Shown here: one piece after another, positions 1 through 9,993 of the stretch
How the letters are laid out: every line of letters starts with the position of its first letter
Position numbering within the stretch: the stretch's first letter is position 1
From: Myxococcota bacterium
GTDB taxonomy: Bacteria; Myxococcota_A; UBA9160; UBA4427
DNA length: 64,000 nucleotides
Direction of reading: 5' to 3'
Assembly: GCA_965250285.1 (NCBI GenBank)
Contig: OZ252299.1
Span: 1,088,001 to 1,152,000 of the forward strand
Notes under the pieces: generated by a model
Seen by the model: only the letters and a program-made list of their open reading frames with translations
Told to the model about the DNA's origin: nothing
Databases searched by the model: none
Translations under genes and position numbers: made by a program

Positions 1-90
1 GACGCGGTCGACCGACTCGAAGCCATCGGCTGCGTGGCGATCCTCGAGACGGGGCTGCGCCACGCGCGGCTGGTCGAAGAAGGCCCGTAG
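1..90 (+). CDS. Partial CDS (3' end of a gene entering the window)
   Basis: Frame 1 is open from base 1 (DAVDRLEAIGCVAILETGLRHARLVEEGP) to TAG at 88-90, with typical high-GC codon usage. Confidence 0.5.
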   Translation, partial: DAVDRLEAIGCVAILETGLRHARLVEEGP

Positions 91-398
91 GCCTGGCCCG
101 GGGTCGGCGGCGCCGTGGCGCGGGTCACACCTCGACCGCGACCCGAACCATCGTCGCGGTCGCTGCTTGCCAGCGCTCCGCCCAGCGCATTACGCTCTGG
201 GCCACCGAACCGAGGCCTCGTCTCGGGGGTCGAATCGGCGATCGGTCAGCCCACTTCGGGATGGGCTCGAGCACTCGGCGCAGGACGTCCGAGGGAACCG
301 ATCGAGAAGTTGATGTCGAAGCGGCCATGCCCGAGCCGGCCAGAGCATCATCGCGGCGCCGAGCCGAAGACGGCCGGCCGCGCATGGAGGGGGTGAAC

Positions 399-893
399 AT
401 GAGCAAGCGAACTCAGCGAAGCATCCGCGGCATCCTGTTCGGGACGGCGCTCGCCGTCGTGCTCGGCGCGATCGCGCCGTTCGCGGCGACGGCGCAGCAG
501 ATGAATCCGATGGTGAAGGAGCAGCTCGACCGGATCCCGACGGGCGAAGAAGGGGTCAATCAGATCCTCGAGCCGATGAAGACGCGCCTCGACCTGTCGG
601 ATGCGCAGGTCGCCGAGGTGAAGCCGATCGTCGAGGAGCTGGTCGCGGGCATGGAGTCGGGCAAGGCCGATCTCGAGTCGGGCGAGACCACGATCATGAA
701 GTTCATGATGCAGATGAACATGCAGGGTGAAGCGGCCGCCAAAGAGATCGAGCAGCACCTGACCGAACCGCAGCTCGCCGAGTACGAAGCGATGCGCGCA
801 GAGCAGAAGCAGCGCATGATGGAAGAACGCCGCAAGGCGATGCAGGCCATGATGAAGGCCCGCCAGGACGAAGCCGCAGTCGGCAACAACTAG
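399..893 (+). CDS. Secreted alpha-helical protein (Spy/CpxP-like, Met/Gln-rich)
   Basis: GGAGG RBS before ATG 399; signal peptide ending ATA-QQ; LDLSDAQ and LTEPQ motifs resemble LTxxQ repeats. Confidence 0.65.
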   Translation: MSKRTQRSIRGILFGTALAVVLGAIAPFAATAQQMNPMVKEQLDRIPTGEEGVNQILEPMKTRLDLSDAQVAEVKPIVEELVAGMESGKADLESGETTIMKFMMQMNMQGEAAAKEIEQHLTEPQLAEYEAMRAEQKQRMMEERRKAMQAMMKARQDEAAVGNN

Positions 894-948
894 GGGCGAA
901 CGGGATCGCGCACTGGACCGATCGGCTCGCGCCGGCCTTTCGGTGGGC

Positions 949-2247
949 TCAGTCGTCGCTGCGCGAACCGCCATCCAGCTCGAATGCGCCGTGGAGCGGC
1001 CACGGATGCGCGACGACGCGGGGCCGGTAGAGGTCCATGCGCGTCTTCATGACGTCGAGGGTCGCCCACATGTCGCCGTCCGTGCCCGGGGCCAGATTGC
1101 AGACGTACGTCATCAGCAAGATGCCCTCTGGCGAGAGCGCAGCGTGGGCCTTCGACGCGTAGCAGAAGCGCCGGCCGCGTCGCGCATCGCGGGGCGGTTC
1201 GAACGCCTCGGGCATGAGATAGAGGCGCTGACGCTTCGACCACGGGCCCGTCAGCGAGGTCGCGGTGCGCACGAAGATCGAGTTGGCGTCGAGCCGCGGT
1301 GTGTCCGAAGCCGTGCCGCTGCCCGACGTCTGCGTGGGTGAGCCGTAGACGACGAAGTAGAGCCCCGTGTCGCCGATGCGATCGATCGTCATCTCGGACG
1401 CGCTGTCGGGGAGCAGGATGCGCGCGTTTTCGGCGTGGAGTCCGGGCTCCCAACCGCCTCGATGGGTGAACGTCTCGAGGCGGGTCGCGATGTCGTCGGA
1501 CCAGTCTTCGATCCCCTCGACGGGCAGGCGCACGAGGAACCTCGGCTGCTCGATCGTCTCGGGGCTGGGCGTCGCCATCATGTGCACCCAGCCTCGCTCG
1601 ACGTACACGCCGCCCGAGAGCACGGGCTGGCCATCGCTCGTCAGGGCGCGCTGCTCGACGCGCCAGTACGCCGGCGGCGCGTCGGGGTTCTCGACGCGGG
1701 CGAGCAGTGTGCGCGTCACGACAAAGGGCAGGCCGAGCGGGCCACGCGTCGAAGATGGCCGGACCTCGACGAGCACCACGTAGAGCCGCTCGCCGAGGAA
1801 GAAGCCATCGAAGGGCCACACGAAGTGACGCGCGCGGTCGGTCGTGAAGACGGCCGCGGGCCGATCGGCATCGTCGGCGCGCCAGCTGTACTCGATCTCG
1901 AACGCGTCGTCGCTGCGGCAGCGCGAGACCCCGACGCTGTTGTGGATCAGCGCCGCGCCGTCCCGGTCACGCGCGCCGGGCGCGCCGACGTAGGTGTCGC
2001 CGAAGAGCCAGATCGTCTCGTGATCGTCCTGACCCGTTGGCACCGGGATCGAGAACACGCCATCCCCCCCGAGCCAGCCCTCTGCGTACTGGAAGTCGGG
2101 GATGCATGTGCGTTCGCCGGTGCCGAGTGGCCCGGGGATCGCGGCACAGCCGGTCGCCAGGATCGCGACCGACGCCCACGCGAGCGCGAGCCGGCGCCAC
2201 GCGGCGCGCGCGAAGGGAGAGTCTGAGCCGGTACGGCTGGATTGCAT
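949..2247 (-). CDS. DUF4185/DUF5005-like lipoprotein (beta-propeller glycoside-hydrolase-like)
   Basis: Lipobox LATGC; WLGGDG..S, IWLFGDT, GPWS and YRPR motifs. Confidence 0.7.
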   Translation of the reverse strand: MQSSRTGSDSPFARAAWRRLALAWASVAILATGCAAIPGPLGTGERTCIPDFQYAEGWLGGDGVFSIPVPTGQDDHETIWLFGDTYVGAPGARDRDGAALIHNSVGVSRCRSDDAFEIEYSWRADDADRPAAVFTTDRARHFVWPFDGFFLGERLYVVLVEVRPSSTRGPLGLPFVVTRTLLARVENPDAPPAYWRVEQRALTSDGQPVLSGGVYVERGWVHMMATPSPETIEQPRFLVRLPVEGIEDWSDDIATRLETFTHRGGWEPGLHAENARILLPDSASEMTIDRIGDTGLYFVVYGSPTQTSGSGTASDTPRLDANSIFVRTATSLTGPWSKRQRLYLMPEAFEPPRDARRGRRFCYASKAHAALSPEGILLMTYVCNLAPGTDGDMWATLDVMKTRMDLYRPRVVAHPWPLHGAFELDGGSRSDD

Positions 2248-2390
2248 GGCGTCCTCGGTCGAACGACGTCGAGAGGGGAAGACGGCGGATCGCGCCGAGT
2301 CTGACGACGATGGGGCACGCGGGCAAGCAGAAGGTTCCGTGTGCGGCCTGGGAAGGCGAAGTGAACCCATCACGAATCGGATGCGCCCGG

Positions 2391-3263
2391 TCAGGCGGTC
2401 GGGCGCAGCGAGACGAAGAGCGTCCCGCCGATCACGAGTGCGGCCCCCGCCACCGTCCAGGCGTGAATCGGCTCGGCGAAGAAGAGCACGCCGATCGTCG
2501 CGGCGAACACGACCTGCACATAGGAGAGCGCCGTTCCGCGCGATGCCGGCAGCAGCGAGAGGCCGCGCGTCAACCACACCTGCCCGAGCTGGGCGGCGAC
2601 CCCAACGCCGAGCAGGCCCGCCCACTCGATCGGCGTCGGCCAGACGAGGTCACGAAACACGGTCGGGAGCGTCGCCGGGACCGTCACGAGGGGGAAGTAG
2701 AGCACGATGACGAGCGGGTGCTCGGTCGCGCTGAGACGGCGCACCGTGACGTAGGCGCACGCACTGAAGAATGCCCCCGCCAGCCCGAGCGCGACCGCGG
2801 TGGGCGCGAGATCGGTCGCCCGCGCGCTCGAGAGCTGCAGCGCGCTCTGCAGCCAGGCCGGCTGCGCGACGAGCAGGACGCCGATCAAGCTGACGCCGCT
2901 GGCGACGAGCACGCGCGAACTCGCGCGTTCGCCCAGCGCGGCCCAGGCGAGGATCGCGGTGAACGTCGGGTGCGTGTACTGCAAGACCGTCGCCTCGGCG
3001 AGCGGCATGCGCGTGACCGCAGCGAAGACGCACGAGAGGCCGAGAAAGCCGAAGAGGCCCCGCAGCAGAAGCAGTCCGCGTCGCTGGCCGAGCAGGGGGA
3101 TACCCGCCCGACGCAGCAGTGCGTAGCTCAGGCCGAGGCTCACGACCGCGCGCGCGAGCACGATCTCCTGGGTGGGTAGCCGGGTCCCGATCGCCTTGAC
3201 CAGCGCGCTCATCACCGCAAAAGCGGCGGCGCTGCCGATCATCCACGAGGCACCCCGCGCCAT
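2391..3263 (-). CDS. DMT/EamA family transporter
   Basis: About 10 hydrophobic helices in two repeats; LLLRGLFG, PLAEATVLQYTHP and LGER motifs. Confidence 0.9.
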   Translation of the reverse strand: MARGASWMIGSAAAFAVMSALVKAIGTRLPTQEIVLARAVVSLGLSYALLRRAGIPLLGQRRGLLLLRGLFGFLGLSCVFAAVTRMPLAEATVLQYTHPTFTAILAWAALGERASSRVLVASGVSLIGVLLVAQPAWLQSALQLSSARATDLAPTAVALGLAGAFFSACAYVTVRRLSATEHPLVIVLYFPLVTVPATLPTVFRDLVWPTPIEWAGLLGVGVAAQLGQVWLTRGLSLLPASRGTALSYVQVVFAATIGVLFFAEPIHAWTVAGAALVIGGTLFVSLRPTA

Positions 3264-3545
3264 CACGCCACGGCTGGGCTCGGACGGGCTCGGGGACGGG
3301 GCTTCGCTCAATGTCGGTCCGCAATGACGGTGGATGGAGGGGTGGCCCGGCGACACGGCCGCGACGCCGTGCCCCTTCGGGGTCACGATACCGCACGCGC
3401 ACGCCCGAGCCGGTCTCCGATCGATTTCACTCGCGCATCGCAGGCCTGCCCTCCATCATGGGGGCGCGGGGCCGTCGGATCGAATGCAGCCTCGATGCAG
3501 GCGCCACGTTGTCGCAGGGGCGGGGAGCGGCCGTAAGGTCGATGA

Positions 3546-3700
3546 ACCCGGGACGTCGAGATCGACGTCGATCCCGAAACAGAAGCCGAGCAGAGTCAGA
3601 GGCCGAGCCGAGTCGGAAACAGAGCAGAGCTTGACGCAGAGCAGAAGCCAAGGCTGAAGCCGCCGCGAGAGTCGAAGCCGAATTCGCAGGCGAACCCCCC
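3546..3700. repeat. Purine-skewed degenerate hexamer repeats (GCAGAG/GCCGAG/GAAGCC) upstream of the EF-G paralogue
   Basis: A/G-rich low-complexity run on the + strand with very few T. Confidence 0.5.
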
Positions 3701-3782
3701 GCCACGCAGGAGTGCACAGAGGACGAACCACGAAGCACACACAGAGCGCGCGGCCGCGGGCCGCGCCCGGGAGGAAGAGGAC

Positions 3783-5852
3783 ATGCACAACGTCCAAGTC
3801 GGCCAAACTCGCAGCTTCGCTCTGATCGGCCACGCGGGAGACGGCAAGACCTCACTCGGCGAATCGCTGCTGCACGTCGCGGGCGCCACGTTGGAGCTGG
3901 GCCGCGTCGAAGACGGCTCCTCCGTGTTGAACTCCCTCCCCGAAGAGAACGACGGGCACCACACCCACACCGTCACCTCCCATCTCTACGCCTTCGACGT
4001 CGACGACTACCACTTCACCCTGATCGACACGCCCGGCGACCCGAACTTTCAGGGCGACGGCGAAGTCGCACTTCAGGCCGTCGACGGGGCCGTGCTCGTG
4101 ATCGACGCCGTCGAGGGCGCGAAGTCGGGCACGTCGCGCATGCTGCACATGGCCGAGTCGAACGATGTGCCGGTCGTCGCGTTTCTCAACGGGCTCGACC
4201 GGGACCGCGCGAACTTCGACGGCGCCGTTGCATCGCTCTCGAACCTCGATGCGAACCCGGTGCTGCTCAGCATGCCCGTCGGCAGCGAGGACGAGTTCCA
4301 AGGCGTGGTCGATCTGATCGACCTGTCGTGGCACGGCGCGCCCGAGGCCGCAGGTGAGCTGCCCGACGGCGTCTCCGAGGCGGCCCAGCAGCTGCGGGAG
4401 ACGTTCGTCGAAGCCGTGGCCGAGCACGACGACGCGTTGCTCGAGAAGTACCTCGAAGACGGTGAGCTGACCCGGGACGAGATCATTCGCGGCCTCGCGG
4501 CGGGCGTACGTCGGCACGCGATCCTGCCCGTCGTGTGCGGCTCGGCCGAGCGCGAGCTCGGGGTCGACGTGATGCTGCGCGATCTCGAGGTGCTGTTGCC
4601 TTCGCCCACCGAGCGCGGCGAGTGGGCGGCGAGCGACGTCGCGGGGGACGCGCCCGTCAGCGTGAAGGCCGATCCCGAGGCGCCGTTCTCGGCGGTGGTG
4701 TTCAAGACGATCCTCGACCGCTACGCGGGCACGCTCTCGGTGCTGCGCGTCGTGTCGGGCACGCTGCGCCCCGACCAGACGGTGCTGAATGCGACGCGTG
4801 ACGCCCGGATGCGCGTGGGCAAGCTGCTGATGCCGATGGGCGAGCGCCACGAAGAGGTCGATGAGGCGGGGCCTGGCGACGTCGTCGCGGTGGCGAAGCT
4901 CAAGGATGTGCACACCGGCGACGTGCTGACCTGCGAGAAGGGGGGCGTGCACCTGCGCGAGCTGCAGATGCCCGAGGGCGTCATCAGCTATGCCGTTGCC
5001 GCCCACGACCGCAAGGAAGAGGACAAGGTCTTCGCTTCGCTCGCGAAGCTGGCCGAAGAAGACCCGGCGCTCTCGATCGGGCGCGAGCCGACGACGGGCG
5101 AGTTCCTGCTCTCGGGGCGCGGCGAGCTGCACATCCGCACAGCGGTGCACAAGCTCGAACGACTCTTCAGCGTGTCGGTCGATCTGCGGACGCCGAAGGT
5201 GCCGTATCGCGAGACGATCAGGGCTTCGGTCCAGCACGTGGAGGGCAACCTCAAGAAGCAGTCGGGTGGCGCGGGGATGTACGGCGTCTGCTTCCTCGAT
5301 CTCGAGCCGCTGCCGCGGGGGGGCGGCATCGAGTTCGAGGACAAGGTCGTCGGCGGCGCGATCCCGAGAAACCTGATCCCGGCCGTCGAGAAGGGCGTGC
5401 GCGAGGCGTGCGAGGCCGGGCCGCTGGCCGGCTATCCGGTCGTCGACGTGAAGGCCCGCTGTGTCGACGGCAAGTACCACAGCGTCGACTCGAACGAGAT
5501 GGCGTTCAAGCTCGCGGGCTCGTTCGCCCTGCGCTCGGCGGTCGAGGCGGCGAAGCCCGTGCTGCTCGAGCCGGTGATGACCATCGAGGTGACGGTGCCC
5601 GACGAGCATGTGGGTGATGTGATGGGAGACCTCGCTTCACGCCGTGGCACGGTGCAGGGCACCGAGTCGGCCGGACGCGAGGCCGTGATCACGGCCAGCG
5701 TGCCGATGAGCGAGATTCTCGAGTATGCGAGCGTGCTGACCAGCATCACCGGCGGGAAGGGCATGTTCCACGTTCACTTCTCGCACTACGACGAGCTGAG
5801 CGCGAAGCTTGCGCAGAAGGTGATCGAGGCGAACGCCGCCCCGAGCGCCTGA
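3783..5852 (+). CDS. fusA: Elongation factor G paralogue (EF-G2-like)
   Basis: Full five-domain EF-G layout; GHAGDGKT, DTPG, PKVPYRETI, KQSGG, YHSVDS and LLEP motifs; GAGGA RBS. Confidence 0.92.
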   Translation: MHNVQVGQTRSFALIGHAGDGKTSLGESLLHVAGATLELGRVEDGSSVLNSLPEENDGHHTHTVTSHLYAFDVDDYHFTLIDTPGDPNFQGDGEVALQAVDGAVLVIDAVEGAKSGTSRMLHMAESNDVPVVAFLNGLDRDRANFDGAVASLSNLDANPVLLSMPVGSEDEFQGVVDLIDLSWHGAPEAAGELPDGVSEAAQQLRETFVEAVAEHDDALLEKYLEDGELTRDEIIRGLAAGVRRHAILPVVCGSAERELGVDVMLRDLEVLLPSPTERGEWAASDVAGDAPVSVKADPEAPFSAVVFKTILDRYAGTLSVLRVVSGTLRPDQTVLNATRDARMRVGKLLMPMGERHEEVDEAGPGDVVAVAKLKDVHTGDVLTCEKGGVHLRELQMPEGVISYAVAAHDRKEEDKVFASLAKLAEEDPALSIGREPTTGEFLLSGRGELHIRTAVHKLERLFSVSVDLRTPKVPYRETIRASVQHVEGNLKKQSGGAGMYGVCFLDLEPLPRGGGIEFEDKVVGGAIPRNLIPAVEKGVREACEAGPLAGYPVVDVKARCVDGKYHSVDSNEMAFKLAGSFALRSAVEAAKPVLLEPVMTIEVTVPDEHVGDVMGDLASRRGTVQGTESAGREAVITASVPMSEILEYASVLTSITGGKGMFHVHFSHYDELSAKLAQKVIEANAAPSA

Positions 5853-5871
5853 CTGGGGGAGCCAACGCATC

Positions 5872-5904
5872 GGGCCCGAAGACGCGTCGAGCGTCTCCGG
5901 GCCC
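5872..5904. terminator. GC-rich hairpin between convergent genes (possible terminator)
   Basis: GGGCCCGAAGACGC ... GCGTCTCCGGGCCC inverted repeat just after the EF-G stop; no U-tract. Confidence 0.4.
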
Positions 5905-6002
5905 TCTGTGTTCAGCGCGGTGCTGCCGTCGACCGGCGCGGGCCACCGTATCGTGCTCGGGGGAGCATGCGACCGGGTGGGTTCGCGTGGCCGGCCCGGC
6001 GC

Positions 6003-6731
6003 TCAGCTCGGCTTCTGCGATGCGCCCGCAACGGGCTTGGCGGCGCAGCGCAGGCGGCGCATGCGTGCGACGAGTCCACTCCGCCCGCCCGCCTGCACGT
6101 TGCCGAGCAGCAGCGCGGTCGTCGGCCCGTCATGTGTGTTGCGCCAGCAATGGGGCTGCGTGCCCTTGAAGTGGATCGTGTCGCCGGGACGCAGCGTGAA
6201 CTCGTCGTTGGCGACCCGCACCTCGAGCTCGCCGGTCTCGACCATCAGCACGACGTCGCCCGAAAGATGCTTGATGCGCTCGCCTCCGAAGGTGAACGCC
6301 TCGGGATGCGTGATGCGCCAGAGCTCGATCTCGGGGGCGAGGGCCTCGCCGATCAGCCACTCGATGTGGATCCCCTTGCCCGTCACGAGCTCGGCGCCCG
6401 TGCCCGCGGGCGTGTGGACCGCACCCGACTCGCCGTCGGCGTCTTCGAGCAGCTCGGTGGGACGGCGGCCGAGGCCTTCCGCTAGCTTCAGCAGGACCGC
6501 GATCGTCGGCACGGTCTGCCCGTTCTCGATCTTGTGGATCGTCGACGGCGACACGTCCGACCGGTTGGCGAGCACCTGCAGGCTCATGCCCGCGGCGGTT
6601 CGCCAGGTCTTGATGCGATGAGCGATGCGATCCACCTGCTCGGCGACGGGCAGCCCCCGGTCGTCGGTGGGGGAGGATCGGAGGGCCGGCTCGGCCGGCG
6701 CGGGATGGAACGGCGCATTGGCTACGGACAT
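6003..6731 (-). CDS. XRE-family transcriptional regulator with C-terminal cupin domain
   Basis: HTH MSLQVLANRSDVSPSTIHKIENGQTVPTIAVLLKLA; cupin LRPGDTIHF...PHCWRN. Confidence 0.9.
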   Translation of the reverse strand: MSVANAPFHPAPAEPALRSSPTDDRGLPVAEQVDRIAHRIKTWRTAAGMSLQVLANRSDVSPSTIHKIENGQTVPTIAVLLKLAEGLGRRPTELLEDADGESGAVHTPAGTGAELVTGKGIHIEWLIGEALAPEIELWRITHPEAFTFGGERIKHLSGDVVLMVETGELEVRVANDEFTLRPGDTIHFKGTQPHCWRNTHDGPTTALLLGNVQAGGRSGLVARMRRLRCAAKPVAGASQKPS

Positions 6732-6879
6732 GGACAACTCCAGGGGGGGCCAGCTCGGGCTAGGGCGCGTTCGGGGCCTTGCGCGACAATCGGCCTGCCA
6801 GATTCGGTCAAGTGGTCGTCGGCACGAGGAATTCCCGATGACTTGCAACGGGGACGTCGACCACCCTAAAGACGGCATT

Positions 6880-6926
6880 CCTGTTTTGCAAACGTTTTCG
6901 TATCTGAAACTGGCAACAGTTGTGCC
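6880..6926. promoter_or_regulatory. AT-rich divergent control region with palindrome TTTC-N6-GAAA and a possible sigma54 element (TGGCAACAGTTGTGC)
   Basis: TTTCGTATCTGAAA at about 6896-6909; GG-N10-GC at 6912-6925 upstream of the M20 gene. Confidence 0.4.
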
Positions 6927-6982
6927 GCAGAATTGATCCGGCGCCGTCTGCGACTCGGAGTCAGCTGCGCCTCGGAGGCTCG

Positions 6983-8140
6983 ATGAGCGAATTCTCTCGC
7001 GCGACCCAGTACCTGCGCGACTTCGTCGCGATCCCGTCGGTGAACCCGATGGGTCGCGACGACGTGCCCGCGTCGATCGCCGGCGAGACCCGACTGGCCG
7101 AGCACCTCGAGAACGTGTTGCGCGCACACGCCATCGATGCGGTGCGCGTGGGCGAGGGGGCGCGGCAGAGCGTGGTCGCCGAGGTGCGCTGCGACGCCCC
7201 CGACGCCGACACGGTGCTCGTGGCGTCCCACATCGATACGGTGCCCGTCGATCACATGGCGATCGATCCCTTCGCACCCGACGTCGTCGATGGGCGCCTC
7301 TACGGTCGGGGCAGCTGCGACACGAAGGGTGGCATGGCGGCGTTGATCGCAGCGCTCGAGCGCGTGCTACCGAGCGGGGGGCTGGCGCGCAACGTCATCG
7401 TGGTCGGCGAAGCCGACGAGGAGCTCTCGAGCCAGGGGGTGCAGGACGTGTTGGATCATCTGGGAGGGCGGCGGCCCGACTGGGTGCTCGCGACCGAGCC
7501 GACGTCGCTCGAGATCGTCAACGCGCACAAGGGCGTCGTGCACATTCGTCTCGAGGCCCATGGAGAGGCGGGGCATGCGTCGGCGCCGGTCGGACGCCGC
7601 AACGCCATCGTCGAGCTGGCGCGCGCCGCCGTCGCGCTGGCTGAGCTCGGCCTGGAACTCCAGTCGACCGACCACCCCGCGCTCGGGCCGGCCACACTCT
7701 CGGTTGGACGCTTCGGCGGGGGCCAGGCGCCGAACATCGTGCCCGACGCGGCTTGGCTCGTCGCCGATCGTCGGTCACTCCCGGGTGAGACGCTGAGTGC
7801 GATCCAGGCAGAGATCGAAGCCGCGGTGAAGCGGGCGGGATGCGAGGGTGTGCGCGTCGTCGCATGCACGCAGGAGAAGCCCGCGCTCGGAACGCCCGAG
7901 GACCACGCCTGCGTGGGGCACTGCCGGGCCGCGCTCGGCCGGATCGGCCACGAAGCCGTGACGGGCACGGTGGCGTTCGGGACCGACGCGGGGGTCTTCA
8001 GCGAGCTCGACATCCCCGGCGTCGTGATGGGGCCGGGTTCGATCGAGCAGGCGCACACCGAACGCGAATGGGTCGAGGTCGCCCAGCTTGATGCCATGAC
8101 CGACTTCTTCGAGCAGCTGCTCCGGTCGCCGGAGCGCTAG
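6983..8140 (+). CDS. M20 family metallopeptidase/deacylase (ArgE/DapE-like)
   Basis: SHIDTVP, LYGRGSCDTKGG, DEE, TEPT, GTDAG and GPGSIEQAHT motifs. Confidence 0.9.
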   Translation: MSEFSRATQYLRDFVAIPSVNPMGRDDVPASIAGETRLAEHLENVLRAHAIDAVRVGEGARQSVVAEVRCDAPDADTVLVASHIDTVPVDHMAIDPFAPDVVDGRLYGRGSCDTKGGMAALIAALERVLPSGGLARNVIVVGEADEELSSQGVQDVLDHLGGRRPDWVLATEPTSLEIVNAHKGVVHIRLEAHGEAGHASAPVGRRNAIVELARAAVALAELGLELQSTDHPALGPATLSVGRFGGGQAPNIVPDAAWLVADRRSLPGETLSAIQAEIEAAVKRAGCEGVRVVACTQEKPALGTPEDHACVGHCRAALGRIGHEAVTGTVAFGTDAGVFSELDIPGVVMGPGSIEQAHTEREWVEVAQLDAMTDFFEQLLRSPER

Positions 8141-8157
8141 GGAGCCTTTGCCCGGTT

Positions 8158-8421
8158 CGCGGTGCCAGGGCCGGGGCAGGCGGGGGCACCGTGCTCGGAC
8201 ATTCTCGGCGCGACCTGACTGGGAAGCTCCGATGTTGCGCACGTCGCGCCTGCGAACTGCGCGCGGTACCCCCGACTGCCCCGGCCGCGGTCCGCGGTGC
8301 CAGGGCCGGGGCAGGCGGGGGCACCGTGCTCGGACATTCTCGGCGCGACCTGACTGGGAAGCTCCGATGTTGCGCACGTCGCGCCTGCGAACTGCGCTCG
8401 GTACCCCCGACTGCCCCGGCC
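8158..8421. repeat. Two tandem copies (135-bp period) of a 129-bp element with 23-bp imperfect inverted repeats (REP/MITE-like)
   Basis: 8158-8286 and 8293-8421 differ at one base; arms GGCCGGGGCAGGCGGGGGCACCG and CGGTACCCCCGACTGCCCCGGCC. Confidence 0.9.
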
Positions 8422-8733
8422 TCGGGACGCTTCGGTCACAGCGCAGCACGCGTCCTCATGTGAGCCCCGGGGTGGCTGTTCGATCCGGAGCGCGTGCATG
8501 TCCCGCCCCTTCGGGCGAGTCGAGATCCGCTTTCTTCCGAGTCCGCTGGGCCTCGTCGCGGGGCATGCAACGAGATGGCCCGATCGACGCGCGGAGCGTC
8601 GATCGGGCGGTGGATCAGCGCGCGGGCATCCGGCGGCTCCCCCCGGAGTCGGCCACCCTGGCCTGTGCCGGCTTGCCCGCGCGCGATCGGCTCGTTTCGC
8701 GCACCTCAGGCCAGCGAATAGGCGCGGCCCGGG

Positions 8734-9816
8734 TTAGGCCCCGGCCTGCGCGACGGCCTGCCCGCCCGCCTTGGGGCGGTTCGGCTCACGCGAGAGCAGC
8801 AGCAGGGGCTGGTTGAACTCGCGCTGCTTGCTGCGGATCGTGTGCGCCCGCTTCCGAACCCACTGCACGTTCCGCCGATGACCGAGCGCGCGCGCGATCT
8901 CGGGCCCGGTGGGCGGATGCGCGCGGCGTTCGACCAGGTCGAGGTAGGCCGTGAGGAACTCGCGCTCGTGGCTCGTCCACTCGGGCTCGGTCTGGATCCC
9001 GCGCAGCCACTTCGACATCTGGCCCTTGAGCACCAGCGGGAGCTGACGCGCCTCGATCTGCTTCCACCGGATGTTGTGCACGAGCACGTGCACGCCGGTG
9101 CGATCGACGTCGCCGAGCACGGCCGCGATCTCTTCGGCCGAAGGGAACGCTCCGCCGTTCTGCTCGACCAGCGTGAGGTAGGCCTCGGCGACCCGAACCT
9201 CCTTCGGCGTGAGCAGGCGCGTCTCGGCCGCCTCTCGCAGCGCCTCGGTCACGAGGTTCGCCAGCGGGACCGGCTGCGGATTCTGCCGGAAGTGGCGGAT
9301 GTGTCCCGCCTCATGGTCGGTGCCGCGCAGGCCGAGCCCCTCGCGAACGCACTCGATGATCTCGTCTGCACCGTGCTGGGTCGCGGCATTGTTGCGATTG
9401 AGATCGATGACGACCGCGAGACCCGAGAAGAGGTAGTCGTCGATGCGATACGCGATGGCCCCCGCCGCTGAGCTCGGCGGTTCGACGAACGCGACGAAGA
9501 GATCGCCGACTCGCACGCCGTCCTCGGGCTTCGCTTCGAGATCGACGGGCCCCTGGGCTGCATCGTCGGTCACCCGAGGCGCGACGCGGCGCGCGCCGAG
9601 CCCGGCGCGCAGCTTCAGCGCACCGGCGCGGACGACCGGGTCGTGGCTCGTCTCGAGCGTGTGCGTGAGCGAGAGGTCGAGGTCTTCGACCGCCTGGAGC
9701 ACCTGGTCGACCACGTCTTCGTGGGGGTCGATCACGGCCGCACGGCGCGTGTCGCTGCAGGCGACGACGTAGGCGTGGCGGCCATCGGTACCGACGTTGA
9801 ACTGGCGAAAGATCAT
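8734..9816 (-). CDS. Degenerate MBL-fold (ETHE1/persulfide dioxygenase-like) domain fused to two LexA-like wHTH repeats; putative regulator
   Basis: MIFRQF..YVVAC..AAVIDP..THTLET N-terminus lacking HxHxDH; C-terminal repeats LTPKE..FPSAEEIAAVLG and WTSHE..PPTGPEIARALG; AGGAGG RBS. Confidence 0.75.
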   Translation of the reverse strand: MIFRQFNVGTDGRHAYVVACSDTRRAAVIDPHEDVVDQVLQAVEDLDLSLTHTLETSHDPVVRAGALKLRAGLGARRVAPRVTDDAAQGPVDLEAKPEDGVRVGDLFVAFVEPPSSAAGAIAYRIDDYLFSGLAVVIDLNRNNAATQHGADEIIECVREGLGLRGTDHEAGHIRHFRQNPQPVPLANLVTEALREAAETRLLTPKEVRVAEAYLTLVEQNGGAFPSAEEIAAVLGDVDRTGVHVLVHNIRWKQIEARQLPLVLKGQMSKWLRGIQTEPEWTSHEREFLTAYLDLVERRAHPPTGPEIARALGHRRNVQWVRKRAHTIRSKQREFNQPLLLLSREPNRPKAGGQAVAQAGA

Positions 9817-9911
9817 TGGGACTTCCTCCTGAAAGGCGGCGCGGCCCTGCCGCGTCGTCCCCGCTCCAGCGGGCTCCTTGCCCGCCCTGGCCGTGGGGCA
9901 CCCGCCGAATT

Positions 9912-9927
9912 TGCAGCGAACGTGCCA
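9912..9927 (-). promoter_or_regulatory. Sigma54 (-24/-12) promoter for the MBL-wHTH gene
   Basis: Minus strand reads TGGCACGTTCGCTGCA against consensus TGGCACG-N4-TTGCW, about 95 bp upstream of the start codon. Confidence 0.7.
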
Positions 9928-9993
9928 AGCCCGCAGATCGGCGATTTCTCAGGAATTTCAAGCATTTGCGGGAATGCACGAAATGGTCCGCAC

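Noticed and set aside
8158..8421. CRISPR array or protein-coding repeat (ORFs 8137-8499, 8148-8816)
   Set aside because: Only two long units with no spacers; the ORFs are low-complexity translations of the repeat
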